From assembly GCA_030704615.1 (NCBI GenBank), contig CM060731.1, forward strand, positions 91,574,001 through 91,638,000: DNA of 64,000 nucleotides, given 5' to 3'. The notes below the pieces were generated by a model that saw nothing but the letters and a program-made list of their open reading frames with translations, was not told where the DNA came from and ran no database searches. Source of the stretch: Takakia lepidozioides. Its lineage: Eukaryota > Plantae > Bryophyta. Below are positions 11,420 to 25,912 of the stretch, one piece after another. Both the position numbers and the translations under genes were made by a program. Every line of letters starts with the position of its first letter. Position 1 is the first letter of the stretch.

Positions 11420-13630
11420 TTAAAAGGAGGGCACGACACCGAAACCAGTATCATGGACCATTGAAAACATTTGCTCCACTTCTAAATCTGTCCGCTTGGC
11501 AAACCTTCCTTTGATTCTGGGTCGACTTTCAGCATAGGCCTTCCTGGAAGCATAGCGTATTGTCTTCTCAAATTTGCGATTCTTCCTCTTCTCTTTGTAC
11601 CTCATAACTCGAGCTTCACGCGCCATGGGCTCCACATGCCCCACATGTAGCGGGCGTGGTGGATATTCAAACATCCCTTGCGAGCCTTCATGGCGTGTAG
11701 AGATCTCACTCAAACTGGAGTCAGGAACAACTGCCGCATCCATTGATGAGGACGACATCTGTCATTGCAAACGACAGAAGACATTGACAGGTGGTTCAGC
11801 AAGAACTACCTGTGCTACATCTATTTCAGCTGTAAGGGTTGCATCATGCACGGAATCCATTCAAGATCACATATCTTGACTTTTATCATGCAGACAGTGC
11901 ATGGGAACCTCAAATTGATTTACTGGAGAAATATCCTCGAGAAGTATGGAACATAGCAGATGATCATAAAACTTAAGAAATTGTCTGACCATAGTGATCC
12001 ACTTCTTCCCATCAAATAAAGCCCATGTTGGCTACACAGAAGTAGCATCAACTGGAAGGCAATAGCTTGGAATAGCAATTCTCACAGCAAGGAAGAGTCT
12101 TACGCTGTGGCTCAGAGATGAGGTGCCATAGCTGTACCCACTCTTCGGCAGCATTTCAGACTCGAACGATGGTACATGAGACAAGGAAGGCGAAGGCTCG
12201 CCAGATCCTTGAGGTCTTTGGTGGACTGGTACCAAGCTGTCAGCTGCCACCTGAGGTGGGCCCATTGCAGAAGCATACTCCAGATCAAGATAGGGGTCGA
12301 CATCTGAGAAGAAATTGGTGTTATTCAACTCTGCCTTCGTCTTAGACTTCTCCTTATGTGATTTGGGGACATATTCTCGTTCCAGGTATGGTGAAGATGG
12401 CCCACAATCTACATCATCTACATCATCCACAAGGAGAAAGTGTTTACATCAGTACAAGTGACATGCATGACAGGGGACATTCAGCCTGACCAAATTGAGA
12501 GTGCAGAGAAGGGAAGCAAAGTTTATCCCTTAAGAAAAGTCCAGTCTAACTCATTCACAAACAAAGTAACTGATACAGTAACAACGGAACTCAGCTACAA
12601 CTGCCGATGTGCACAATAGTCCAATATTGGACTCTGCAGCTCGTGACCAGATCCTGAAGCTCAGCAGGAGCCCACCTTATCAAACCAGAAAAGCTACCGA
12701 TCGGAACAGACACTTCCCCAGGAGTTCAACAGGATTTGGGCAAAATTCCAGAAATACCAGTGAGAAAACACACCGACTGAACAACCCTGCAAGATCTCTA
12801 GGAGTCCTGAATAGACATTAATAACAATGTCCACTTCTCTACATCCAGTCGCTAGGAGGTTTGAAGGGGAGACTTTCACACAACAGTTTCGCGGTATCCA
12901 CGATGTCTACTTCTCTAGATCCGAGAGCCAGGAGGTGCATTTTAATGTGAGACTTTCAACACAACAGTGTCACGGAATCTACGATTTCCACTTCCCTAGA
13001 TCTGAGTACTAAGAGATGCATTTAATGGGAGGCTTTTACACAACAGCGTCCCAGAACAGAACTTCCTGATTGCACAAAGTTTTCTATAAACATGCTTTCT
13101 CTTCTGGGAACACTGAAGCAAGGCAGCCAATCACCATCAAAGCCGCTGTTAAGAAGCTTAGCGATACCTGTAAAGCTGCCTTTGATCACCCCGTCTCCCA
13201 AGGGCTTCGCCGGCTGCAGTAGGAGCCAAGATGCGGCCTCCGCTGCAGAGTTTTCATCGTCATCCTTCAAGAGAACGCAGCATTCACTCTCAGGCGCTGC
13301 TGGAACTACAGGAATAGAGTGAGGGTCTTTTGCATAACTGGGGCACTCATAGAAGGGAGTAACAGGCACGCGCTCGTGACGCTGGGCGAGTGGATTGGCA
13401 GAATGAATGTCAGTGTCACATGCCACGCAGAGGGCAGCTGCATCAGCTTTACAAGTGACAACAGCTGGTAAGAGCTCACAGACTTCACACATCCAGACTC
13501 GCTCATGGCGGGATGCCAGCTTGTTAGCACCATGGACCTTGCCATCGCAGGCCACGCATAAGTACGCCGCATCTGCTCGGCAGTACACCACCGCACTCGT
13601 GGCGTGACATGCCTCACATGGCTTCGGCAT
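11420..13630 (-). CDS. COL: CONSTANS-like protein (2 B-boxes + CCT + VP motif), ~371 aa; exons 13630-13168, ~12417-12104, 11758-11420
   Basis: MPKPCEACH...[26 protein letters not shown] and a second B-box; [45 protein letters not shown]; C-terminal [12 protein letters not shown] sites are phase-compatible. Confidence 0.96.
12826..13048. repeat. ~80-bp degenerate tandem repeat (about 3 units) in COL intron 1
   Basis: gagactttca(a)cacaacag recurs at ~12869, 12949 and 13029, with cacttcyctagatc between copies. Confidence 0.7.
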
Positions 13631-15119
13631 ACTCCAACACTAGTTCACTTCCTGCAAGCTCTAATTCCCCACCTCTACTCCTTCCCTTCGTTTCGATGTT
13701 CTCCTTCTTTCTTTCCAACCTCACGAATCTGCGTCTTATGTCCGACCTTCAGTCCACACAACTGAGACTGCAAATCCTCCGTGTGAGGTAACACCTCTAC
13801 ACGGTCACATGAGTGGCAGGAAAAAGCATGCCCTGAAGTGCTAGCTGTTATCTCAACACAGAAGATAGCAAAACACCCTGGAAGGAGCTGAAAGCACACC
13901 CAAACATGAGGGGTGCAGCAGCTCCTATCCTTCCAGCTTCTCCCCGCATAGGGCAATCGCTCTACACAGATTTCTCAATCTCAATCACCAAGGAAGGCAC
14001 GCCTACCAACAAGTACAACCAAATGTCGAAACCACTCTGAAGACTTCCGTTCTCTAGTGAGAGAGATGACGGGCAGCAGAACATTATCGTCTGCCCTCCA
14101 ATATCCTCTAACTCCTCAATACTCTAAACTCCGGCCCCCGGGCAGATCAAAGTGCCCGCATTCTGCCCGGAAACAGAAACAACGATAGAAAAGACAGACT
14201 TCCTGTTCACACTTGCGTCTAGGTCAACAAACCTGCATGGACGGATGTATTCTGGATGAAAACACTGGACGGGCGCCAATGCGTTGGGATGGATGGATAG
14301 ACTGACAGATGGGTGGCCCTCCCTTACTATGGGCCCGCCCTCGCCCTCTCATTGGCCCGCACTTTGGTCCAGTTATTGTCAACCTCAATCCTGTCACCCC
14401 ATTGCTCGGAACCCCCCAATTTCGATGCAGGTGCAATGGTATCGAGGTTATCCAATCAAAACTCACAAGAACAATCCTATGGGATCCCAAGGTAGGGTAG
14501 CACCGTGGGTACTAATCGAACAAGCCTAAAACGGCGATTGGCTCTCTTACTTCGGCAAAACATAAGAGAGTGAGGGGCATGACTCAGCACAACACACCAA
14601 TCGGAGCCTTGACACGGTGTAAGGTCCTTTGACCACATTTTCTCAACATGTTGCAAAGTCTCTCTCTACAAGAGAGCCAACAAATAGGAACAGGAATTAT
14701 CCCATATCGAATGCCCAAAATCCACGTAAGTAGGCTTATTATAAAAGCGGCGTAAACTGAGGAAGACGCTACAGGCCCGGGGCCCGCGAAGTAGGGCCTA
14801 CAGCTGGCCAACGCCCAACCAAATTTGGGTGTGAAGTGTGAACACCTGCGCAGTCGGTTGTCGTGCAGTGACTGGAGGCAGGGTGACTGGCTACCGTGGG
14901 TTCCAGCAGGCTAGCTCCTTTTTTTTTTTTTTCTTTGGTGACACTTTCAAGGGCAAAAGAAAACTGCCAATCCCTCTTACCTTTTAAGTATATTAAAAGG
15001 TATACATATTATTGATGTTCGTTCAGCGGCCCTTCATGTGGAGGTCTCCTCACTTCTTCTCTTGTTGGTGCTAGACAGGGATCAATCAACGCTTAATAAG
15101 AGTGGGGAATGTCTGCAAT

Positions 15120-17260
15120 ATTGAATTCCACTTGTATACCATCCATGTAATGTGAAGCATGATTCACTCCCAACAAGACAGTTTTGGTACCTGTGTTGTT
15201 GAAGCTCACACCCAATCTTGTCAACAAAACACCACAGCAAGTGAATAGCCCAGGTCAGACAATGTTGCCATTGTAGGCCACAACATTAATTCCCTGCTAG
15301 GCAGCACCTGAAGAAATATCATGCATGGGGAATATTAGATAAGGTCTTCCATTCTGATACATGTGCAAGGGGTCAGATCAAGCATCTTCTGGACCATCCA
15401 ACCACCAGTCTATTTGCCAAGAAAAATGCATTCTCCGTAAAATTGGTGAGAGGGCTTCTCCTCTCTGGCCCAGAGACTAGCAGACATTTGATGACTTGAG
15501 ATGCCCATCTGCGGAATTGATGTAACTACGCCACATGGGAGGGTGTGGGATCCGAGTGAAATTCTTGGGCCACCACGCCAACAACTTGTGTGCAAATCAC
15601 TCGTTTGCCATTTAGCAAGTCCCTCACCGTCTAAAAGCTCCAACCCTGACGTAATTAGCCATGCCGGAATTACGTCTACACTAAAAGTTACTTGATCCGG
15701 AACTCTGCCAGGCAGGCCTATCAGATGCCAAACCTCTAGAATAAGGTACAAAATCCTTGTGCCAAGGCTACAGTGTCGTGGCACTGGTGCATGCAAGCTG
15801 GACAAAGAATTTCAGCCCTGTCAGCCAGCAATTGGGCACGAAAAGCATTAACCATCAAATCCAGTCCAAGCCCATTGCTGTTTGGAGACCTACTGCCAAG
15901 AAGGAAAATACATGGAACTGGTACATCTAGTCATTTCCGTTTCAGAGACTGACCACGTGGCTGATTGGGCTTTCGCTTTCTGTGACCAGCAGTCTTCAAG
16001 ACTAGCAACCTTCGCGTGATCATGTAAGTGGATGTTGCCAGCACAGCCCCAATCCCAGCCAGCAGTCCAGGTCTCTTGGCCAAATACTGCACATTTATGG
16101 ACATCAAATTCTACAGGATAAGTTCGGTGAAGTATTGACAGTAGCTTGAAGCCTATTGGAGCACCCTTAAAAACCCGCTAGATTAAGACAGTTCTTGACC
16201 TCTAAAGGGCACCTAACTTTAACTTGACATCAGCTTGAGGAGAAGGCTCACCAAGAGAAGGGTATAGAGGACCTGAACTTTGTGGAGAACAATATAATAT
16301 CCGATGGGTGTCAATGGTCCGGATAAACATTTGAAAACATAGACATTACTACAGGTCGATAATTCAGACAACTTACTAATTAGATGAACTCTAAGAATAC
16401 TACACCCACCATTCCGTTTCACCTGAAGATACATCCTACAGGCATCCAGTGTGGATTAACAAGTGAATGCAAAAATAGACTTAGGATACTCACCTCAATG
16501 CCAACATGACAAGTTTGGCGCCATTTCTCAAATAATTCCACTGCCAAAGAGGCTTCAGCTGGTACCTCTTCTGGAACTGCACTCCGCCAACCACCCTGCA
16601 CTCCCAGTTGATCACTATGTTAGCCCTCCGTCTCTTGCCCGGTAGTTTTCCCATGCCTCATCTATGGACATTCCTCCACATAAACGATACAGACTGTCAA
16701 CTGAGTGCTGGATAGTACCTAGTAATGCCATGCTATGAGCCAAGACATACTGCTTTGATTGATGGTAACCAACTTTGACCCGAAATGGGGCACTCTTGGC
16801 GCCTCAAGCACTCTTCTCAATAACTGTGTGTGGACATATACAAATGTTACACCTTTGTAAATCTGGATTTAACTTTCAGGGACAGAAAGTGACAGAAAAA
16901 AGCGGGATGAGACATCACCTGGACAAAGGCCACGATATGGGCCACACTCCAATCTCCTTTGTAAGCAAACATAAGTCGGTCGCGAAATAGCCACAACGCT
17001 GGCACCTTGCTCACTTGAAAACGTTTAGATATCTTTGGACTGTCCAATATATTCACCTGCTCAGAACCAAGATTGGAGCTGAGGTTGATCACAAATATTA
17101 TCATCGATGGGCAAGATGATAAACTTCGTGGCGTAGCTCTCATGGTCATGGTAGGACTTAAATAAGCAGAAATTCTTCAGATGCTTATCCGCTTTTTGCC
17201 CAGTCAAGTCCTCTCACTTTTGGTCCCTTGCCTTACTATTCTGTCTATTCCAACACATTA
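15120..17260 (-). mobile_element. Heavily degenerate L1-like LINE (RT region)
   Basis: Minus-strand remnants LDWAKSG (~17200) and YFATDLCLLTK (~16975, decayed YADD/FADD motif); many stops. Boundaries are approximate. Confidence 0.5.
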
Positions 17261-18047
17261 CTGCCCAACTTTGCCATACTTGTTGCAATTACCTTGTAGA
17301 GTGCTTCCTGCTAGGTAAGTGACATATCATGTCTCTCTCTTTGACTCTCCATTCAGTACAAAATTATTGAATCGAAACGACTTTCCTGTCGAATCTCTGC
17401 TTTGTGTCTGTACGACATTTTTACCACAAACAATCTCCATAGCTAATTTTACATTTTCTATTAAATCAGAAGGTGCCAGACCTACCAATTGGAGCCTCAC
17501 ATGCTGTAATGAGATACATTGTATATCTACGAGAATCCTAGTAAACTTTGGACTGACATTTGCGAGGTAAGAAAGCAAGAATTGAATAGATGAATCATGT
17601 CAGAAGACTGAGAACGATGGCCACTTGGTTCAGTTTGAAATTGATGAATATACATACTGAGAAGATCGCAGTCAGGAAACAACATAATCACCACTCAGCT
17701 TGTCAAATGGCTTTCTGCAGTGTACATATGTTGACATGCCTACTCTGCTTCCTGAAGGATGAGCAAAGCACCATCCTGGGACGTGTGTTGCAATGGTTTT
17801 TATTACGAGTCATTCATGCAATGGACCATTTCTCGGTCATTTTGAAGACACTGAATCATTATATAAATCTCAAGAGAAATAAAAATTAATGTGACAGCTC
17901 ATTAGGTTGTCAGTTATCTTGTAGTATCTCGTCCTTCACTGTCCACCAAATTGTGCTTAAACAACGAATATAAAAAAATCACTAAGAGAGTCATCTGAAA
18001 AGGTTCTTGTACGCTTCTGCCTGCAAAAAGAGTGCAAATAGAACTAC

Positions 18048-18635
18048 CTGAGCTAGTAGGGTTTGCTCTTCCTCCAGTTGATCAGCACCCTCTAGCAATG
18101 CTAGTTCGGCATCTTTACACTTGGCACAATGAAGGTCTGTGAACAGAACCAACCTGCCACTAATTCCCTGTCAGAAATTGAAGCATCTGTGAGCTACATT
18201 ATTAACACTGGAGCTCGTACCGAGGCCACAAATCACCGACATAACTGAACCGAAGATCCGTTTGTAGCTAAGAAATAGCCAGGTTGGACTGACCCTTGTC
18301 GTCTGTAGAGTCACAGCTAGTTGCTGCCAAATATAAGTTCCACCACCCATTGTGACCAAGACGTCTCCAGAACATTAACAGTACAACCCAACAGTTCAGA
18401 ATGCCTGTAAGCAGAAGAGAGAACAGACTCACAATCTCGAAGATTACCATGAGCCTGTGGTCTGGCCAGCTCCGGCTTGTGTATCGTGTTCAAAATTGTG
18501 ATCAGAAAGTGTGCGCAACTGGCGAGAGGGTACATCATCGAAGTCCCAGTCGTCAGTATTTCCGAGAGCAGGCAGTATTAGACAGCGCAGCAGCAGGAGT
18601 AGCAACCATATCCTGGCGCACTCTTCCTTTCTCAT
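18048..18635 (-). CDS. Signal-peptide thioredoxin-domain protein, first two exons (18635-18448, 18153-18048); downstream exons not found
   Basis: MRKEECARIWLLLLLLRCLILPALG signal; LSDHNFEHDTQAGAGQTTGSW|LVLFTDLHCAKCKDAE (CxxC) joined by a phase-2 GT-AG intron. Confidence 0.75.
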
Positions 18636-19807
18636 CGTCTCCTCCTCTTCCCGAAGTACTGGTGGAAACCTAACAGAGTGTTCTTTGAACACAAGTAATT
18701 GTGGATCAACTCTTTAGGGTTAGGGCTAGCTTGGGTTGGTTACCGAATGGGAGTCATCCTATTTATATTTAAAACTTGTTGGGCAAGTGCATTGGCATGT
18801 GCGTCCGGGGTTCAATCCCCTGAGGCATTGTCTCCCTTTGGGCTGGGGCTCTCTACCCTGTATGCCTCATGCTTAAGTAGAAAAAGGCCTCTCATTTTTG
18901 AATAATTGGGAGTTTAAGTCTTACGTGTGGGCCAGGACGCACGGCCGCGGGGTTGCCCAGCCCGCCCCTCTACACCGGCCAGCCGCCCAGTGCGGTCGGC
19001 AGCCCCGCACGCCAGCAGTCCCCCCACCCGCCGAACCCGCACACCAGAGCAGACCCGCGCAGACGTGGCGCGCATCTACCCGTCCAAACCCGGTTGTATC
19101 CAGACCGTCCGGATTTAGGGCATGGCATCGCAGTCGCCGATCTCCTAGGACCCCTTTGCTCTTTTTTCTGTTTCCTCCTCTTTCGTCTTCCCTCGTCCCT
19201 CGTCACCTTGCCTTTTGCTGTTTGTTGTTTGACTGTTTGGACCCAACAGACTCGTGCGACATTTAGACACGGTTATGAAGAATCCCATAGCATGACTCAG
19301 CGTGAAGGAGCCATGGACTCTCGTGCCAACGTCGGAGTCCATCATTTCAAGCCACAGCCTCTTTTGTTCATATGCTTCTACTATTTTTGCTTTGTTGTTC
19401 GCCTATTCATGGGGCTGTATGAGGGCGCGGAAGAAGTCCGTGTTTACATTGAGTTTACAGTGCAGACTTGAATGGAAGTATGTAGCTCTTTGCTAACAAC
19501 CGGAAGTACGACTCATTTTAGTGGATAGCAATTGTGAATCGGCCTTTCTCTTGTCACATTGTCTTCTTTGAGGCTTGTCCTCCATATACCATGTGTAGAA
19601 TAGCATTGCAAAAATGGCGGAAGCATATGTGCATGGTTGGCTGTATATTATTCAGATTTGCTCCCAAGTTGCGTCTCTTGGATGTTGTTTGCAGGTGGAC
19701 CCAGCGTGGGGACTGCCAATGGGAATGTGTGGCAGAATTTGTTGCGCACCGAGCTAGTGGACCTTCCATATGTTAGCATGACAGTGCAGGGATCGACAGA
19801 CCTCATG

Positions 19808-22450
19808 AGGGGACCATTCAAATGGCTAAACGGATGGGGACAAAAATGCAGACAAAGGGCAGACCAGGAGAAGAGAAGACCAGACCATACCAGACCAGAT
19901 GAGAAAACCGAAACATCATACCAGCCTGGAGGACTCTGTGGGCAAACCTCCACGGCAGACCCGACGACAAATAATCATTGGCAGACCAGTGCAAAAGACC
20001 ACAAGACCAGACCAGTGCGACAGACCAGTGCAACAGACTGCCCTGACGGCAAACCGGACTGGCGAAGACTTAGGGTAGAGTAACACGGTAGACCCTGACG
20101 GCGGCCAATATTGCGCCGCCGGGACATTAGATGTTTCGAGCGCCCATCCAATGGGCGCGGCCGCGTGTATGGCATGCATGGCGCCTTCCGCACGTGTGCT
20201 CCTATCACTTTTTGCAGTGGCCGTTATGTTGGGTGCGTCACCTCTTCCTCCTCTTCCGTCTTTCGCGTCTTTCCACTTTCCTTCTACACGCTGTGTGTTA
20301 CGGTTCGCGGTTTGTGTCTCTTCGATAGTAGCGCGACAATTCGTGTGTACAGGCTTGCCGACTGAGAAGCAAAGGTCCCGCCGGTTCGTCAAAGGTCGCG
20401 TTGCCGTCGTTGCCGAAGTGCGATATGAAGGTATCAACTCTTCCTTCTTCACCTTCAAACCTTCATTATCTTTTTCACTTCCGCTTCTTCATTTGCTTTG
20501 AGCAGACCGTCCCTGACACTCTTCCTGCTGGTGTTGCAACCATGGAAGAAGCTTGTCCAAAAGGTGGAGCGGATTGGGTGCAATATGTGCATGCCCCCCG
20601 CAACAAACCAAAGAGAAGGTACTGGTATGAGTCAAATGAGTACGACGCTAAAATAGTAGAGCATTTTTGGAATTGCGCGTAGCCAAGGAGAAAGAGCCAT
20701 GGCCAAATGATCGTTTTCAGTGCCCATTTTGCCTTGAAATTGTGAAGGACAAAGAGACTCTAAACCGGCATGTCCTTGATGGAGGATGCAAAGGTCTCGT
20801 CCCTGATAACTTCAAGCCGTGGCCCAAGCCAGGTTTTTCTAAGGCTGGTAAGAAAATCGCGGTAAAGTTGAGGGGTGCATCTGCCGTCGCTCGATCTGCC
20901 GACGAAGTGCGGCAGCGTTAGCACAGTCAAGCAGGTCTACTGGGCCCCGGGCGCGATATGCCAGTGAAGAGAATGAAGCTCAGTGATGGTGCCAAAAAGA
21001 ATGTAGAGCGCAAAAGTCACAGGTCTGCCAGTGCCACTACTGGCAGACCACGGGATTTGAGAGTGACAAACAAAGAATTGCAAGCAGGTCCGTCCCAGCA
21101 AACCAAAGCCTGTCGTTGAAACTCTGTCTTCCAGTGATGATGACTCAAGTGAGGAAGAGTCCCATGAAGATGAAGATGTACAGGAGATGTTGACGGAGCC
21201 GCCGCGGCTAATCGTGAGACCGTACTTGGTCTCAGACCCCATTGGGTACGCCCCGCCAGTACATGACATAAACATAGACTCGGATACCCCCATGGAGAAA
21301 AAGACCCTCAAGCAGACCCAACAAGCAGACCCTCAGTGACGTTCCTGGAGAAGTAACGGGCACACCTGTCTGCCCTAGCACATTGTACCTTCTTCCACAT
21401 GGCCTTCTGCCAAAGGAGTGCCCAGAAAAATCAGATCAGTTCTTCCCGTTTTTGTATGGTTAGGTGAGATCGGGGCAGATACAGAGAACCATTTATAGAG
21501 CAGAGAGGAAGTGGATGGACGCATGATCACGCCCACGGGATGAAGACTACAACGGCCTGCTGGTACTTTAACGACTCTTTGTAGGGTCTACTGAATCTGA
21601 GTGATTTGCATTACTTGTTCATTTGGGTCTACTTCACTGCGCGTCTAGGTCTACTTTCATTGGAAATTCCCAAATTCATTCTTAAATTCATTTTGTTGTG
21701 GGCTAAAATATTTTGTTTAGTTTCAAGAGGCGAACGCTCAAGACCGTTTACAGGGGTTTGCAAATCTGGAAGCATAAGTCCAACGGCCCTCCCTTGGAAA
21801 ATACACTTGTCCGGAATGAGGTTCGGGATATTCGGGAGTACATCCTTAGTCTATATCTAAAATCTGCCGATGCCGTTGCATCAATTGGTGATGGTACCAG
21901 CGCCCGGCAGCAGACCCCCCTCCATCTCCGTCAGTCCCAAAGGTCCATCCTGCATTGCAGACTGTCGGTCTATCCAGTAGACCCGGTTCAGTAGACCTCT
22001 CTTCTGTAACCCGTCCTCCAGCAGACCTTCGTACTTCTACGGCAGACCGGCAGCAGACCACATTGCGTCGCGACACTGATTTCCCATTTGGGGCACCCTG
22101 ATGTCTGCGTCAGATGAGGATGACCCTACCCTTCCCAATTTCCATTGTGGGGAAAACAATCGGCATCTGGACTGGTACAATGAGCTTCACCGCATCGTTG
22201 CGTCACGGTGGACCTTTGCTCCGTACCACTCGTCAATGGAGTTTACCGCGAAGGAGGCTAGCCGTCTTTTGGAGAAAGCCCAGGAGTACGGAGTGGCACT
22301 TCTGGGAGAGGAGACCGAGCCACCGCTGATCTTCCATGCCATCTTCTTGTTGCAGGTCCATGTCGTAGTCCTTGTCCATTGGGCTGGCCTTTGAAGTGGA
22401 GCGGGATGTAGAGGATGCGCGGAGACTTGACTTCCTGTTGCGAGTGTCTA
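19808..22450 (+). mobile_element. Unclassified transposon-like segment with CAGACC repeats and a broken zinc-finger ORF
   Basis: Dense (g)cagacc motifs at 19850-20100 and 21300-22070. Frameshifted ORF 20542-20921 contains FQCPFC-x12-H-x5-C. Confidence 0.45.
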
Positions 22451-25400
22451 TCGCGGGGGAAGGTCGTGGGTGCTTCTGGATGCTCCCAGCTCATTTCTGA
22501 ACACTACCAAGTTGAGAGCTAGACATACGTGGAAAAAGTCGACAGTGGGAAGTTGTGGGAGAGGAGGGGGGAGAAGGGGTACCAAAGATGGCCACTGTGA
22601 TTTGCGGAAGTGGTTCCTGGTGGGGGAAGAGGAGGGAGTGCGTGGGGTGGATTGGGGCTGGGGGTTATTGGTATGGGCAATTCGGCGTCTGCCCTGCTGT
22701 TGGCGGCAGGGGCAGGCTGATGTATTGATGTAGGCCGTTAGCCATTTGTGCTTAATTGGCAACTGGGAGGCCTGGGAGTGAATAGGCATAGAGAGGGAAG
22801 TGATTAGTGTGCCAGGTGGTAATGAGGCTCTGTCAGTGGGCAGGACGATACTGGGTTCTTGGTATGAGATCCAATGTTGTGGTGAGGGAGTGGGAGCCGT
22901 CTTTGGGTTAATATGACTGCGGTGGCGGTAACTAGGGAGGGGGGCATTAATCCAGATTGAGAGGTTTGTCATTACGACGGTATTATGAAGGCTAGTTGAG
23001 GTAGAAGAGGGCAGTGAATGCATACTGGTTGATTGTCTGGGGCAAATATAGAGGGGGGAAGGATTGGATGAGATGGGGGTGATCATACATTGGTAGTGGT
23101 GGGTATAGACTTGATATGTGCGTTTGTTATGTGCAAGGGATGTGGAGTAGATGAAAGGTGTGTTGTGTTGCTCGTGTAGAGTATAGGGGTGAGTGCTAGG
23201 TGAGGTTGACATGTCGTTTGGAGTCTTGCGGGAAGGGGTGCCGGGGGCCCAAGAGACGCTGCCAGGCACGGAGTGTCTGGCATAAACATGGTAGTTTGAT
23301 GTTGGGGCGGGTGGGGCACCCCATTGAGGGTATGATAGGGTATGATAGTATGCATGTGGTGAGTGGTAAATTGGGATGTGGGGGGTGAGGTGGGAAAGTG
23401 GAAGTATGCGGGTTGGGAGGGCTGTTAAGTCCACCATTGGTGGTGGGGGGGCAGTGAGCAGATAGAGCAGATATATGGGAAGAGGCCCGTCATGGTGAAG
23501 GGAACAGATGTTGCAGAGATCATGATGTGCGGGGGCATGGTGTCCCAGACAGGGTGTCTTGGATACATATGTGGGGCATATGAATTTAATCGATGAATGG
23601 ATGTAGAGCTTAAGTGGCCAGAGAGTAACGACAAATGCGGGGCATATGCCCAGGGGTGACTTTGGAACAGAGAGCCAATGGATCAGGGTGCCTTGTGTAC
23701 TTAGGAGGGGGAGAGTTGACGGGTACATGTTAAAGAGGGAGCTGGCAAGGGATAGGTAAGAGTGGGTACATAAAGTATTGAAGTGGGAGGAGGTGTAACA
23801 CATGAGGGTGGGACAAGGAGCCTGGTAGAGTAATTGGGATGGGTGGGGGAGATAGTATGGGTGGTAGTTAAAACTGTGATGTAGGCAGTTGAGGATGTAC
23901 TGATCTGGGCTAAATCCAACGGGTATGCTGGTGGGGTCTGGCAGGGGAGACGCAAGGGGAGCAGTCCAGTGGGCTTGTTGGGGGAGAAGGATTATGTGGG
24001 CTATGCATAAGGGGTACTAGCTGGGCAGCAGTGAAGAGGAGGCGGGATCTGAGAGGGGCAATTTGTGGTAAGGAACTTAAGGGCACAAAGGTAGTAAGGT
24101 GAGATGGGCTGTAATGTGTGCCTGTGCAGGGGCAGTGGGTTGGCGGAGGTGTCTTGTATAGAGGCAGGGCTGAGCAGGTATATTGGTGTAGCATAGTAGA
24201 AGGATGGAGCCTGGTAGACTGCCACTGATTACGACTTTGAGCACAGGGAAAATTTGGAGGGGTGTGCCAGGTAGACACATAGATAGTGCTGATTTGTGTT
24301 TTGGCGTTGGGCCTCTTGTATACAAGCAGGGGGTGTTCCCGCTGAAGAGATGGGGCACGTCTGTGGTGAACAGTTGTATCATTGCCATGTGATTTGCCGC
24401 AAGACCTGTAAAAGGGAGATAAGAGTTAATACATAGGGCAGAAAGTGGTTGAATTTTATTAGGGGTTGTGTAATTGGGCATGATATTGCAGAATGCCATG
24501 GAGAAGGGTAAAGGGAAGGCACTGAGGTGGATATAAGCCTGCAAGGGTTTGTTGGGGGTGTGGAGACTGTTGGCAGGAATGTCCATCAGAAGGGTTGAAG
24601 TTGAGTGGCTTGGCCAAGGAGTTGGGAAAAGAGCGTGGAGACTATACAGCAGCAATGTAAGACGTGGGAAGAGAGGCCTGGAATGGCAGTGTGCCTTGGG
24701 ACTATGAGTTGTATAGAGAGGAGTAACAGACAGTGGGCGTATGCATCGAGGGGTAGGTAGGCTAGAGGGTGAGGCGGGCAGTTTGAGGTGGGAACTTGTG
24801 TGTTGCATAGGAATAGACCTTGACATGGTGTGAGGAGCCGGTCGGGCAGGAATTAAAGAAAGGCATGAAGAAGACATTGAGGCCCGTGGTGTGGGGGAGG
24901 GAGATAAGATGAATCATAAGAGAGGGGTGAGTATGCTCCCTGTAATAGGACGGAATTTGAGTTGGAGTGGGTGGATGAGTGATCCTCCATCGCAGCCTGC
25001 CTCTTGGGTTCAAAGTGGCCCTGTTTGCTGTCTCGTTGCCAGTTGTAGAGAGGACTTCGCAGCTGCTTGGCCATTGTAGGAAGGGAAGGCCTGCCGTGAT
25101 GTGCCATTTGTAGGGCATTGTGCACCGCATGGAGCTGCTGGATTTGATAAATTTTTTGGGGATGTGGACAGTACCCTCCTCCTGAATTATCTCCAACATG
25201 AATGCTTGGATGAGAGATTGTTCTCCAGCTTGGATCATGACGGGTGGGTGTGTTTGGGGGTGGAAGGGGTGGTCATAGGAAGTCATCTGCATGCATGCAT
25301 TGAGAAGTCGCAGAACTCCAGCGTGGGGGGTGTGTCAGTGTGGGTCTGGTAGATTCATGGTGACTATCAGCCAAGTATAGCCGGGGCGGGTAAGAGATCT

Positions 25401-25497
25401 TCCACCACTGCAGGGGTGGATGTTGCCAGGCAAGAATGACAGAGAGTGTGAGAATAACACCTTGAAGAATCATGGACAGTAGAGGGTGGCTAGCGGA

Positions 25498-25912
25498 CCT
25501 GTGGGGATGCTGCGCACCGATTGAGCATTCGAGGTAGCTGTTCTTAGACCGGAAACTCCTGTCTCGACGAAATGGGGGTCGCAGACTGAACGTGGGCCAG
25601 ACAGACCCGTAAAGCAGTAAAATGAATGAGATAGAGCTAGCCAGAGACCTAGTGATGCGTGTAGAGCTTCGGCTGGCTGGAGGGTGAGCTTGAGAGCTGT
25701 TGCACCTGTGGGGAAGCTGCCCACCGCATATGTATTCGAGGTAGCTGCGCTTAGACCGGGTACTCTTGTCTCGACGAGTTGGGGGTCGCAGATTGAACAT
25801 GGTCCAAGCATACCCGTAAAGCAATAAAATGAACGAAATAGAACTAGCCAGGAGACAGTGTGAGGGAGCGCAAAGCATTTGCTGGCTTGGAGTTGAGCTT
25901 GAGAGCTGTTGC
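25498..25912 (-). repeat. In-frame 207-bp (69-codon) tandem duplication
   Basis: ttcgaggtagctg at 25528 and 25735. The minus ORF repeats LASSISFILLLYG..W..F.LRPP.RRD.S.RSK.SYLE. Confidence 0.85.

Noticed and set aside
18898-19810. Possible plus-strand gene divergent from the thioredoxin gene
   Set aside because: A GC-rich promoter-like stretch and one exon-like segment (~19695-19807) are present, but no recognisable protein or consistent exon chain.
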